Origin: Azolla caroliniana
Taxonomy: Eukaryota > Plantae > Polypodiophyta
Length of the DNA stretch: 27,092 bases
Assembly: GCA_043228905.1 (NCBI GenBank)
Contig: JBHGNT010000415.1
Location: 1 to 27,092 of the forward strand
Reading direction: 5' to 3'
Each line of letters begins with the position of its first letter. Within the stretch, counting starts at the first letter, position 1. The position numbers and the translations under genes are program-made. The notes beneath the pieces are model-generated. The model made no database searches and was not told where the DNA came from. It saw nothing but the letters and a program-made list of their open reading frames with translations. Below, one piece after another: positions 1 to 12,013 of the stretch.

Positions 1-249
1 AAGAAAATAAGAATAAGAAAACTACCAAACCCAAGATCTAACAATACACCCTCCTAACTCAAAATGGGTGACCCTATAACAAGAGACCCCTCCTTCCTTT
101 TATAGTCCAAGGAGGGAAGAACGTTACAATGTGGGACAAATATTCACCTTTTTATTTTATATACATTTTTAAATGTACATGTGCACACGGTGCACATTGC
201 CAACTTTGCCCATTCCACCCGATTTTCTCACCATAGCCGAAAATCTTCA

Positions 250-571
250 TGACACCGGTTTGGAACCAAACTGTTTAAAAATTTTGAAACCTGAACCAAA
301 GCGAACCACGAAATTGTTAAAACTGATCCGTTAAACATTTTTGAAACCGTTAAACTATTAAAACAGCGGTTTCGTGGTTCGGTTTCGGTTTTCAACTTAG
401 GTCTAAAAAGATTGTTTAAAAACAAAATTTGAAAATATTTTAAATAAAAACCCATTTAAACCATCGTTTCTAACTATTGAAATCGAACCGAACCATTGTT
501 TAAAACTTAAACCTAAATCGAACTGTTGAATCCATTAAGTTGCAGTTTCACGGTTCCGTTTTCGATTGTTA
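250..571. mobile_element. Degenerate copy of the AACCG-rich hAT-type MITE family
   Basis: Dense AACCG/CGGTT motifs. Internal blocks (aaaagattgtttaaaaacaa; ggttcggtttcggttttc) and the right end (ttcgattgtta) resemble the element at 2598-3093. Left boundary is unclear. Confidence 0.6.
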
Positions 572-589
572 AGTGAAACCACCAATTCA

Positions 590-2597
590 ATAGAGTGCTC
601 GAGGTTCAAGTAAAGGATTGATCCTTTTGAAAGATTGAACCAGCACAAGTAGACTGCTATCAAACAAGTTGGAGTCTTAGCGGCTTGTCATATACTTCAA
701 AGAAGGGCATTGGAAATGGATAACAATGTTGAAAGCTCGAAGAATATTATTGTGAGGGATCGTCCAACAAAAAAATCAATTGCTTGAGCAAGAAGAGAAA
801 TTTAAGGGAAAAGAACTAGAATCACTACTTAATGAACTAATCAAAAATATGAAGGATATGTAGTTGAGGTTCACCAAGTTAGAGAAAGTTGAAAGCTCAA
901 GTCAACAAAAGCGTAAGGAAGAACAAAAAGAAAACTTCACTTGTAATGCATATGGTGCGATAGCACCGAACATCAGAAGAGGGAATCTATAAGTCATTGA
1001 GAAGTTTTGGATGGAAATCAGATTTTCAATTAAGATGGGAAGATTCATTTGTCAAAAACTCAATAGCCTCTCTAAATTAACTTCGGAAAAGGTAAAAGGA
1101 AGAAGTTAAAATAGGACTCTAAAACCAAGAGGATGTATGGGTTGAAGGTAGGTGATCCTCATATTGGTACAGGCTTCTAGAATAAGGGGATGAACACTAC
1201 AAGTGAACGAACGGTTCAACTAGAGGACTTAAAGAAGGGTGGCGAAGAGATTCAAACTAGTACTAGATGGAATCGCAAACTAACTGCATTCGCAAAAGTT
1301 GTTGAGGTAAACGACCATGAAGTTCAAGTAGAAGAGAAGAGTTGCAAAAGAACAGATGAAGTTGGTCCTTCTCAAAGACCAAAAACATAAAGAAGAGAAA
1401 CGAAGAAAGTGTTTTAGAAGAAAAGTCAAAGAAAGAAGCACTTGTTGTCACATTCTAGACTCGAACCTTTGACATATAACACACCCAACACATAGTATTA
1501 AATAAATCATATGGAAACGCTTAAGTTACATGTAATCTTAGTATACATTGGTTTAATATTGTATAGTCTAGCATATAGTACATTCAAAATATTCTAGCCT
1601 TTAGTATATTATAGAAATATTCTAGTCTTTAGTCCATCCCAGTTCTAGATTCATGATGGTTTTCATGTCTCCTCCTCGAACCCCATTATGCTTCACAACT
1701 CCCATAACGCCAAGCCTCACCACCACCACTTGTGTAGTTGACGATATGGGAGGAATACGATGTTGACCAAATACTTGACTTGCATTTGCATCGTCAACAC
1801 TTGCAATACCTCGTCTTGTGGAAGGGTTGCCCCATGTCTAATGCCACGTGGGAGCCAATATAGAATTTACAAAATGCCCCAAAGGTGGTCCAAGATTTTC
1901 ATCACCAGTATCCCCACAAATTGGCGACCGGTTTGGGAAGGTGGTGTAAGAGGGGGGATAATGTCACATTCTAGACTCAAACCTTTGACCTATAACACAC
2001 CCAATACATAGTATTAAATAAACCATATGGAAACCCTTAAGTTACATATAAAGTTGTATATGGTTTAATATTGTATAGTCTAGCATATAGTATATTCTAG
2101 ACGGGTATATTCTATAGATATTTCTTGGGTATATTCTAGAGATATTCAATCTTAGAACTTGTATAAATATGTGTGTTCACCTAGATTACAATCAACTCCA
2201 CTTGTAGAGATATGGGTGAATAACACCAGTTACAAAGTCTTGCAATTAATCAACTCATCCATTTGATTATCTTATAGTCTCTTGTGCATATTATCTACTT
2301 GTGACAATTGTAGTAAATGCTAGCTTCGGACATATAGACTATAATCAATATCAAAAAGATTTTAGAAACTAGATTCCTTATTAGTAAGGTAGAACGTAAA
2401 ATTATTGTGGGAACTTCGACAATCGTGGGAAGTGGCCTATCGAGAAAAACCATTAATGGAAAGTCCGAACAACAATAGAAGCAATAGAAAATTCGTATGA
2501 CGCAAGCCCCAACATTAAAGTAACTACAAGGGATGTTTTTGGAAATAAGAATTTCTTTGTCCAAGAGTCTTTCTACCAATTCATTCTAGGTCAACCA
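590..2597 (+). mobile_element. Old Ty3/gypsy gag-region relic, interrupted by the insertion at 1446-2297
   Basis: Degenerate zinc knuckle CIWCDSTEHQKRES at 947-988 after a coiled-coil-like stretch. Sequence resumes after the TSD at 2298 with IKKILETRFLISKVE, resembling the gag-protease linker of non-seed-plant gypsy elements. Many stops and frameshifts. Confidence 0.55.
1446..2297 (+). mobile_element. Internally deleted chromovirus-type LTR element: truncated 5' LTR + integrase C-terminus/chromodomain + PPT + 3' LTR
   Basis: Direct repeats starting TGTCACATTCTAGACTC at 1446 and 1962. PPT AAGAGGGGGGATAA precedes 1962. 5-bp TSD CTTGT at 1441-1445 and 2298-2302. 1640-1920 translates with frameshifts to FHVS...EYDVDQILD...YLVLWKGCPMSNATWEP..NLQNAPKVVQDFH, a chromodomain. 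Confidence 0.85.
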
Positions 2598-3093
2598 TAA
2601 CAATTGGCAATGGTTCGGTTCAATTTGAGAGGGTCTAAACCGAACCATTAAACATTTTTCAAACCATTAAACCTTTAAACCGTAAAAACCGCAGTTTCAT
2701 GGTTTGGTTTCGGTTTTCCACATAGGTCAATTTTTTATTTTTTATTTTTTTTAAATTTATAATATTTCATTATTTAGAATTTTTAAAATTTTTAAGATGT
2801 TCCTAAAATGTGAGAATAAGAGTAAAAATGAAAAGATTGTTTAAAAACAATTTTTAAAATTTTTTAGAATTTTTTTTTACTTTTTTTTAATTTTTTTTTT
2901 TAAATTTTTAAATTTTAAAAATAAAAACCGTTAATCCGTTTAAAGCTCGGTTTTTTACTGCTGAAACCAAACCGAAACCGAACCGAACCGTTAAAAAAAA
3001 CCTAAACTTGAACCGAACCGGTGAAATCGTTAAGCCGTTAAACCGCGGTTTCGCGGTTCGGTTCGGTTCAAACCAAACCGTTGCCGATTGCTA
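2598..3093. mobile_element. hAT-superfamily MITE (~496 bp)
   Basis: Imperfect terminal inverted repeats TAACAATTGGCAATGGTT versus revcomp TAGCAATCGGCAACGGTT. 8-bp TSD GTCAACCA (2590-2597) / GTCAGCCA (3094-3101). Subterminal AACCG arrays and an AT-rich centre. Confidence 0.85.
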
Positions 3094-3601
3094 GTCAGCC
3101 ATGCATCACTATAGCAAGAATGGAGACAACGGTGATAGACGATTAATCAACGTTCACACAGATTAGAAACCAAGACGAAAGAAGGTCATTTTAATTCCTT
3201 ACTATTTGCCTGAACTATGTGCGAAATAAAGAGCACCTTTGCAACTATCCAATGTATAATTTTAAAAAGAAAACTAGGATTTGTAAATCGAGCAAAATAA
3301 AGAGCACCTTCGCGATTATCCAATGCAAAATCTAAAGATGTTCTCTAGATTTCTAGAACAAGCTTCTACAAGAAGGGGTTGTGATGGGCTAGAGAAGTAA
3401 AAACCCCTAGATTAGGAGATGAAGTAGAGGAGAAGTGTGTGCACCATCAACTAGTGGCGCTACTATAGTGATTACCAATAAGAATAAAGTAGTAAAGACT
3501 TACGAAGTAGAGGTGTGGTTGAATATTATGAGTATGTATTAAATGTGTTCTAGGAGTTTAGTTTTGAGAATTGATGTGAATATCAAGATGAGTGAATTGC
3601 C

Positions 3602-3717
3602 AGTTCATTGGGGATGGGTATCGTGAAGCAATTGTATCATGATATAAAAACAAAGTCAAAGTTCATTGGGGATGGGTTTCGTGAAACAATTGTATCATGA
3701 TATAAAAACAAAGTCAA
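3602..3717. repeat. 58-bp tandem duplication (2 copies)
   Basis: agttcattggggatgggt...aaaaacaaagtcaa at 3602 and 3660, 2 mismatches. Confidence 0.9.
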
Positions 3718-4973
3718 ATAATATTGCATTTGTCACGTGTGAGGCTTCAACCCATAACCTCATTTATGTAATGTTGCATGTGATATGCGATCACCACTTG
3801 GCACACATTTTCAATACGCAATACAAAATCATACGCATGTAAATTCAAAGCAAAACTAACTGCCCCAATACCACTCATCCATAATCCAATCCTTGCACAA
3901 ATAACTTGAAAAAGTGTCACCAACATTTGTTGGAAAAACCGACTCCAAAAAACTAGGACCAGAAACTATTAATAGTTACCATTGAATAAGTTTCCTTTTA
4001 TTCTTCATAATGTAATTATAATCACACCACCTTGCGGAGCTTAGCATCTTCATCCCTTCTGAAAGAATCATTCAACAAAACAATCTATTTTTATGTAGCA
4101 GCTAGCCTGAGAGTGATATTGATCGATTTCACATGATTGGGAATCTATCACCAATCCACAATCTTTTGACTGTGCGGGGCGAGGAGTGTCGAGAATTGGA
4201 ATGTGCCACAACCAAACAATGAATAATTAGGATTTGAACAATGAGTAGGAGAAATCTAAGCCAAGAGAGGGTTGATAATCATCCCTCATATTAGAAATTC
4301 TTAGATTGCAAAAAAGCGGCTCGAGAGAATAACTATAGGAAGAAGGATCGAGCTTCTAGTTTTACTCAAAAAAAGGAGGGGGAAGTTGATCATTTATGCT
4401 TGAACACGGACTAGTTTTAGGTGCTTATCCCCATTGTGTTGGTTTCTTTGGATCGATCACGAGTCAAAACACAGTTAGAGCACTAATGTGTCTCGAGTCA
4501 ATATTTAATTCAATTAATATTGTTTAACATTATAGCATTCTCTCATTTTCTTTTTGATGATTCAATCTAGCAAATAAGGGGAGATGCATGACAACCATTG
4601 TTGCCCATCTATGGTGTTCCAAAACAATATGGTATGATTAAAGGTGACATGTTTGTTACTGTTAGTTGACCTTCATGAGCAAAGGTAATGTGTGAGCTCT
4701 AAAAACCATTTGATCACTCATCAAGAATAATTTAACAAGACCATATGAGATAGGGCATATTAGAGATGGATGTAAAACACGGCAAGACAAGATAGGAGAA
4801 AGGAATTGTGAACAAATGTTAGGATTTGATGGTCATTCATTGGTCCAAGGCTTTTACAAATGTCGCATGACATGTAAAACAGTTTTCCATTTGATTCCTA
4901 TGACAAGAGATTATTACATGTCATGTACAACCAAACAAGAGATTACATCTTAAAATGTTTCTCATTTATTGAG

Positions 4974-5346
4974 TGTTACCCATAGGAGTGTACGGGGAGA
5001 CATAAGGATGGAACACTATAAAGTGGTTGTTATGTATGTGTAATGCATATGGGCGTGTGAGGATGAGTATGTGTATGAACACATGCACATTTGTGTGCAT
5101 GTGTACAAAGGTGAGAGAGTGGGTAAGTAATGTAACTGCCAACTTGTCTCATTCTTTTGTAACTGTTACCTCATGTACTATATATATAAACCCCACCCAT
5201 GGGGCATAATGTAATATAGATTTCCCCCCCTCTCATTTGGTGTCATTTCTTATTTGTCTTTCCCTCTCTCTCTCTCTCTCCCTCACACCTAACCCCTTGG
5301 GAGGGGGGGTGGAGCCATCCTTGGCTTCACCCCCCACCCATCAACA
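4974..5346 (+). mobile_element. Solo LTR (373 bp)
   Basis: TGTT...AACA ends. Perfect 5-bp TSD TTGAG at 4969-4973 and 5347-5351. Internal TATATAAA followed by a CT-rich tract. Confidence 0.85.
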
Positions 5347-5659
5347 TTGAGGATGACAAACCATTAATAAATATAGCTATACATAGGGTACAAAGAAACT
5401 ATATATCGAAGAACTTCAAATTTTGAACATACAGTTTTTGAAACTCTTGCACTAAAAAAATCTCTAACATGGACCCTCCAAGGTGGAGAGATCTCTAAAG
5501 TGAGGGAAACACCTTCACTTCCACATGTCATGGTCTTTTGCCCAATAACAAAGTCTATGGTCATGATCCAATTCATCATGACTTATGAGTATGACACATC
5601 TATTGTCTCGTTCACATTAGTGTCTTGGTTGAGACCTCGCTTTGTGTATTCCTTGATTA

Positions 5660-6260
5660 ACTCAAGAATAGAATAGATTATATTTTTTACCATCTACGAG
5701 GAGGCGAATTTTGACCTATGATACTAAATAAACTTATTGTCTTGTATGTGACTCTTTCTCGAAAGGGGATTACTACTATGTAGTAAAACTTTCTACGTCA
5801 AAATAATGGGCTTACATATGCACTCACCAATCTTGGTAGGGATTTGAATAGAGACTTAATTATCATGCCCATCTAATAGGCCATCATACTTCTCATGAAT
5901 TACTTTGTATGTTGGGCTGCAATAGATCTTTTACCCTCCATCTTCTTAAACATTTCATAATGTCAAGCACCTAGCCACAATGTGAAGGAGAGATAGAGCT
6001 CAACAAAGTTGCAATTACTTCTTTATTGATGAGTCTTTATGATTATATGATTGTCCTTCAAAAACTTATCTTTATATCTCTTGAGTTTTCTCGCAAGATT
6101 TTTTTTGCAATTGGTCTTTTTGATTGTATGATCATCCTTCAAAAACTTCTCTCTATATCTCTTGAGTTTTCTAGCAAGAAGAGTTCTAAGCATTGTTGTT
6201 CTTTGTACTCCATGATATTACGTAATTGGTTGAAGCCTTCTTTGATGAAGCAATGATATC
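5660..6260 (-). mobile_element. Degenerate LINE 3' end (RTE-like), minus strand
   Basis: 5662-5760 is a diverged inverted match to 7925-8035. Minus strand gives CSPTYKVIHEKYDGLL, similar to the C-terminal motif of the + copy. Contains an 81-bp duplication at 6030-6179. Confidence 0.45.
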
Positions 6261-6779
6261 CTCCTCTTATTCTATGAAAAACACCACAATGTAAACATAG
6301 TGTATTTCGGATTCCATCCTCGATGACGTAATTGATAAATTCATTCTTACTTAGATTTGCATGTATACTTCCCTATCTCGATTTCTAACGAGTGTGAAGA
6401 GGTTTTGATATGCGCTATCACACTATGAAATGCAATGAGATAGACGTGTAGCTATACAAGGAGGCCTAATAATAAATCCATTGTGCGACATGTGTAAAAT
6501 GAGTGTCTTAAAGTGGGCCATGTTCCTATTAAAAGATGATGCGGGGCTAATTTAGAGATGAAGAACAAAAGTATGTGCAATGTACAATACCAAAAGCACT
6601 ACTACGTCATGACTCCTAAACGGATCCCACGACTACGATGCAAAGCTACATTAATTTTTTATTTAATATTAAAGATTTGAAACTTGTTTTATATGTATAA
6701 TGTGAAGATTTAAAATAGCTTGCCTCAATGTAAACACTCTAAAAACTCTGAAGTAATTTTTGTTTCTTGTCTAGTCTGT

Positions 6780-8032
6780 GAACATTACATTTCGATCTTT
6801 TATTTTACCTTCTCATATCATCAATGTTGGTACAACTTGCAATCACTAAGAAGCGACTCTTGAACCATTGTTTTCCATCCTTCCCCAACAATTTGCATGT
6901 AGGGATTTTGCGAGTTTCTCTTTAATGAGAAAGACAAATGAAGCTTGTGATGATTAAATGCTACTTCCAACAAGCAATTGGATGGCCCAAACTACCTTTT
7001 TTCAGACCATGGCCCATCATTACAAAGCTTCCATATTTGCTACATTGATTGCATTTCTACATGATGTGATCGCACTAGATGAGAATTTGTTTTAGAGATG
7101 GAAATAGGATTGTGCCTTAGAAAGATTGGTATGATCATGAATCATGATTAATGGAAGCAATCTTTTCCATCAATAAAGAGAATTGGGAAGATGGTTCTTT
7201 TTTTGCCACTATCGCCAATTGCATGTGAAAGAAGGTTTTCTAAGATGGATAAGATAAAAAATTGAATCCAACTCTCTAGTGTTGATGTGGGCTAGGTCAT
7301 GTCTCGCGGATCAAAATCAGTCTTTTGTGGATCTTTAAAATCTCTCTCTCAAATGAGAGAATGAGCAATGGATTGCCGCAATATATGTTGTAGATCTATA
7401 CTACTATAAAGATAATGAACTTTTTAGAGAATCAATCCATACAAAGATTGAGGTACATGGGTGTCTACTTGCCCCATAACATGCAATAAACAATAGGCCA
7501 ACTAAGAGTTTCCTTCCCCCAACTAGAGATCGAGGCATGATGAGCATTTCACATACCTACAACTGAAAGATTTTGCAAATGATGTGAATGATTGATCCAA
7601 TGTGAGGAACATTTTGTATATAAATGCTCAACTTTCAACCGCATCAAGAAGAAGTATGGTATTCTCTACGTGGACTCCACCATATGCATTCAAATTTCAT
7701 ATAATGATAATGGAGCTTGCGGAAACCTAGAGCTTTTAGCTTTGTTTAATGTATGGAAGACATGTTCATCCCGTGCATGTAATCATGAGTTGTTTTGCAG
7801 GAAAATTGTGGCATCTAGTAGGCTTTAGAACTTGAAATCTCTCTCTCTCTCTCTCTTTTTGGAAAAAAAAAAAGAAATCTCGCTCTCTCTCTCTCTCTCT
7901 CTCTCTTGAAAAAGAAAAAAGAAATAGAGAAAAGGTGGTTCATGTCCACGATGATTTGTTTATTCTGTCTCAAGGGTCAAATTTGGCCTCCATGTGGTTG
8001 ATAAAAAAACCTATTCTATTATCTATTATCTC
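6780..8032 (+). mobile_element. Degenerate LINE 3' portion (RTE/L2-like post-RT region and tail)
   Basis: ~7490-7667 translates IGQLRVSFPQLEIEA**AFHIPTTERFCK*CE*LIQCEEHFVYKCSTFNRIKKKYGIL. This matches the C-terminal L.IE.GR...ER.C..C....E.HF...C motif of non-LTR retrotransposon ORF2. Ends in a short-repeat tail ctattctattatctattatct. Confidence 0.6.
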
Positions 8033-8049
8033 TTGAAAACAGGCAGAGA

Positions 8050-8267
8050 CTATTGGAAAGATTGTTATAATTACGATTAATGGGAGCAATCTTATCCATT
8101 GATAAAGAAAACCGAGAAGCCGATTCTTTGTTTGTCACTTGTCATCAATTGCATCTAAAAATAAGGTCTTCTAAGCTTAATAAGATCAAAAACAAAATTC
8201 GAATTCCAAACCATCTGTATGTCTCTAGTTGTTGGTTTGATGGTTGTGTGTGTGTGTGTGTGTGTGT

Positions 8268-8307
<40 letters not shown>

Positions 8308-8535
8308 AGTGCCCCACCTTTCAACCACATCAAGAAGGAAGTATGCTACGTGGAGTCAACCACAAGCATTAGTATAACAATCATGGAGCTTCGAAAAAAC
8401 CTAAAGTTTTGCATAAAGCCGATTTCGGCATCTAGCAGACATCTCCGTCTCTTAAAAGATTGGTAACTTGGGACCAACTTTAGTCTCACGGGTCGAATTG
8501 GGAGTCCTCATGGACGACTAATAAAAGAAAATTGA
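8050..8535 (+). mobile_element. Third, internally deleted copy of the same LINE-like 3' end
   Basis: 8050-8195 resembles 7115-7260, 8318-8440 resembles parts of 7630-7825, and 8483-8530 resembles 7967-8010. Confidence 0.5.
8245..8304. repeat. Compound (GT)n(CT)n microsatellite
   Basis: Directly visible; further (CT)n tracts at 7839-7906. Confidence 0.95.
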
Positions 8536-8916
8536 CCCTACAATATCTTAATAAATGCAACTTAAACTAATGTTTGCGGCCACGAATGGAGTAGGAACAA
8601 GACTAAAAATTCCGACGACTAATAAAAGAAAATTGACCCTACAATATCTTAACAAATGCAACTTAAACTAATGTTTGCGGCCATGAATGGAGTAGGAACA
8701 AGACTAAAATTTCCGACGACTAATAAAAGAAAATTGACCCTACAATATCTTAACAAATGCAACTTAAACCAATGTTTGCGACCATGAATGGAGTAGGAAC
8801 AAGACTAAAATTTCCGACGACTAATAAAAGAAAATTGACCCTACAATATCTTAACAAATGCAACTTAAATTAATGTTTGCGACCATGAATGGAGTGGGAA
8901 CAAGACTAAAATTTCT
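8513..8916. repeat. 101-bp tandem repeat, 4 near-identical copies
   Basis: Unit starts gacgactaataaaagaaaattgaccc at 8513, 8614, 8715 and 8816. Confidence 0.95.
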
Positions 8917-9021
8917 GAGAGAAGGCAGGCGAAGAGAATACGTAGAAGCACATGCGGACCGGATCATTGACAATGCAAGCGTTAATGTCAGACGATGGAT
9001 GAATATGCCATGACATGTCAA

Positions 9022-9324
9022 TATACATACATTACATAACATACATAACATACATACATACATACATACATACATACATACATACATACATACATACATA
9101 CATACATACATACATACAAACATACATACATACATACATACAAACATAACATAACATAACATAACATAACATAACATAACATACAAACATACATGTATAT
9201 ACGTACACACATACGTACATACATACATACATACATACATACATACATACATACATACATACATACATACATACATACATACATACATACATACATACAT
9301 ACATACATACATACATACATACAT
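9022..9324. repeat. (CATA)n microsatellite with a (CATAA)n block
   Basis: Directly visible; source of the spurious MYVC/HTYI ORFs. Confidence 0.97.
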
Positions 9325-9419
9325 AAGGAATATCATCAATCCATTGGTGAAACCAGTGTTGAGACTAAATGTCAATTAGTTGGTGGGGGGGGGGGAGGGG
9401 AGCTCTATGGGCGGACACG

Positions 9420-9602
9420 AGTGATTAGCCATTAATTAGCCGTTAATCGGTCTGTTGATCGGTCAATTAATTAACCAACTTGGCTAACTAATTACTAATT
9501 AGCTAATTAAGAAAAAGGCAATGGAAGAATTAAGTAATTAGTTAATTATGCAGATATTTGATGCCTATTATTATTATTAACAGTTGGCAAGAAGGAAGAA
9601 AC

Positions 9603-9644
<42 letters not shown>

Positions 9645-10043
9645 CCTTCCCAGAATTAGGGTTTCAGAGCGACCTTCTGCAGCACCAATTCCTTCGTGCT
9701 CACCATTGGAGGGCGAAGAGGAGGCTGCAGAGATCCATCCCATAGCCTCTCTGCATCCGCACCATCGACTTCCCCCCATCGCAGACTCTGTATTTTCAGA
9801 ACTTTGGCTTCCACATCCACCGGATTTGCGTTTAGTTGTGTCATGACCCCACCATAGCCTCTGCATCAGATTTCAGTTCCTGACAGCTTCCGTGTGTCTG
9901 TGTCTCAGAATTTAGGCTTCACCTCATTAAAGTGATGCCATAGAAGAGTAAATTCCTTTGGCTTCTTCTTCTTCTTCTTTGCTGTACCTCTAGATCTCTG
10001 CTCTGATCGAAAGGTTGGTTCACACTATTCTTTGAAACACAGT
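9420..10043 (+). promoter_or_regulatory. Putative promoter/5' UTR of the KATNAL2-like gene
   Basis: TAATTA-rich block at 9430-9548, (CT)n tract at 9605-9640, telo-box-like TTAGGGTTT at 9656-9664, then a GC-richer pyrimidine-rich leader before the ATG at 10044. Confidence 0.5.
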
Positions 10044-10094
10044 ATGCAAGAGAAGAAAAACAAGCTTCCTGCTCTCACTCGATGGTCTTTTGAG
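10044..10094 (+). CDS. KATNAL2: Katanin p60 ATPase subunit A-like 2 homolog, coding exon 1 (MQEKKNKLPALTRWSFE)
   Basis: ATG at 10044, donor GAG|GTAAGA. Joined with the next exon it gives LTRWSFEEFEQVYDTKFGRK, matching my recollection of the conserved TRWSFxxFxxxYDxKFGRK N-terminus of plant KATNAL2-type proteins. Confidence 0.8.
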
Positions 10095-10183
10095 GTAAGA
10101 TCGGATAAAAGGAACCTCCTTTTATCAGCATTCATCGTTATCTTCATCATTATTGTGCTCACCAATTATCATCATCATCACAG

Positions 10184-10351
10184 GAATTTGAACAAGTGTA
10201 TGATACGAAATTCGGGAGAAAAATTAAGGACGAATTCGAAGAGCCAGGCAGTCAATTACATATCCGTACGAACGGAGAGGCTAAGCCGCAGAGCAACGGT
10301 GACCTGAATACAACAAAAGTGATGGCAGCCTATGAGAGATACACGGTTCAG
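10184..10351 (+). CDS. KATNAL2: KATNAL2-like coding exon 2 (EFEQVYDTKFGRK...VMAAYERYTVQ)
   Basis: 89-bp GT-AG intron with CTCAC branch-like site, acceptor CACAG|, donor CAG|GTAAAT. 168 bp, phase 0-0, open. AAYERY resembles the AIYEQY motif of plant homologs. Confidence 0.8.
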
Positions 10352-10591
10352 GTAAATCGCCTAGAAATGTATGAACATGCATGTAAGTGTTTTTGTATGT
10401 ATGTACGGGCATACGTGTATATATGCATTTCCACGCTTGTTTTGTGTACAGGTATGCACATTTATGTTTAGATGTATTTGTATGTCTATGTATGCTTCGT
10501 GTATGTTTCTATATATATTTTTTAAGCTCAAGTCATGCAGTTATTTCATCTCTTCACAACTCATAAGCCTATGCCTTCTGTCTTTTTTTAG

Positions 10592-10644
10592 TCCAATGGA
10601 GGCGTGCCTCACCGCGCGGGAAATAATGGTTCTTCTGACACAGT
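10592..10644 (+). CDS. KATNAL2: KATNAL2-like probable coding exon 3 (SNGGVPHRAGNNGSSDT)
   Basis: Acceptor TTTTTTTAG|, donor |GTAGGT, open in frame, GC-richer than flanks. The AAA-domain exons are not in the window. Confidence 0.6.
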
Positions 10645-10739
10645 GTAGGTTATTCTATTGCCTTAAAACTCTCTAAAACTAATACTAAAGGTTGAGATTT
10701 TTTTCATAGAACAAAAAATAAGATATATGGCATTTGGAT

Positions 10740-12012
10740 ATGAATACTTTGAAAAATGGTTTAGGGTTTCAGTGACTGAAAAGCACAAGATGATAGTCGA
10801 TTAGAGTGGACGTATGTAGTGGTAATAGGGTTCTAGCCTCGATAATCAGCACCGGTCGATCCGGAAGTTTGCAAGGCGATGGTTCGAGCGTTACGTGATG
10901 ACGAGCATGAACGACAATGTGACCTACCATCTTGTGGAGCTCGACGGGACGAGGATAGCAACACTGGTTGCCGAGAAATGAATAAAGGCCATCACGAAGA
11001 GGTGCGAGCTGGAACTAGAATCAGAGATGGGAGAAGGCGGGAGCGACAATGAGGAGTCGGACGAAGATCGGATCACCGATGGTTCAAGAGAGGACGAGTA
11101 AAAGCTGAGTCTGAATCCCCACCATTACATTCCTTGGCACATGCTAGAGGATGTGTTGTTTGGTTGGGGTGGATGTCATGATGGATTCCGGCTACGAGCA
11201 GAAAGGAGGTTGGATGCGCATGAATGAGGGTGTGTGAGGATGCACACTGAAATGTACAAGCACATGTAGATAACATAGAACCAATAAGTACTAGGTAGTA
11301 GGTTTTAATGGGTACTTTAAGTCCCACACGCACAGAGAATAAGAATAATATACGGTGGATTAAATCGAGGGAAATCTCTGCCCGAAAACAGATAGCTTTA
11401 TGGTGATGTAACGACCTCCGCTTGCTCTATAAAAGGGGAGGTTTGAGACTATTTGAGGGATCCACGATTTGCGAAGATGAAGTGTTATAGGTTTGAGTGC
11501 CGAGCTCTCTCTCCTCTCTCTGTCTGTCTTGTAAGGTGTACTGATTCGAGGAGGACGTTAAAGCCTCTATCCGCGTTGGAAGACGTGCACTCCTGACCAG
11601 AGGTTCATCATTCTGTTTTGTGTGGGGGTGTGTGCAACTCGCAGCTTTGTCGCCGGCTGAGACCAGTTGTAATCTCTTCTTCTCTGATAATCATTAGTGT
11701 TTTCACCGAGTCTTTCTTTGTGTACGGGCATTACCATGTTGTTCCTTCTTGTTTCGGATGTGTGCGGGTCTGTCTGCGTGCCAATGGGCTTATCGTTGTT
11801 GTCTAGAATCCTGCCCGGAATAGGTCACTTCTTTAGTCCTGTGTGCTAACCAACCGGTATCCGGGAATCGTTCCGGATCTGGCATGCCTCTGGAAGCCGA
11901 TCCGGACTCCGACCCGAACCTTCCTACTCCCATAGGCTCCTTGGTCCGAGACCCCTGTGATCTCGCCCCGGAATACCACGACAACACCTTGACTACGAAG
12001 ACGCCGACTCCC
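10740..12012 (+). mobile_element. Truncated LTR-retrotransposon fragment (LTR-like region plus leader)
   Basis: CpG-rich block with CTATAAAAGGGG at ~11427, then a CT tract and U5-like sequence. Boundaries and TSD were not resolved. Confidence 0.4.
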
Positions 12013-12013
12013 T

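Noticed and set aside
1-230. LTR-like fragment at the window start
   Set aside because: Only compositional hints; no termini or partner visible.
8513-8916. CRISPR-like periodicity
   Set aside because: Whole 101-bp units repeat with no unique spacers; eukaryotic context and no cas genes.
8851-9435. ORFs of 80-174 aa with MYVC/HTYI repeats
   Set aside because: Translation of the (CATA)n microsatellite.
9546-9866. 106-aa minus-strand ORF
   Set aside because: Antisense to a probable 5' UTR, includes (GA)n translation, no recognisable domain.
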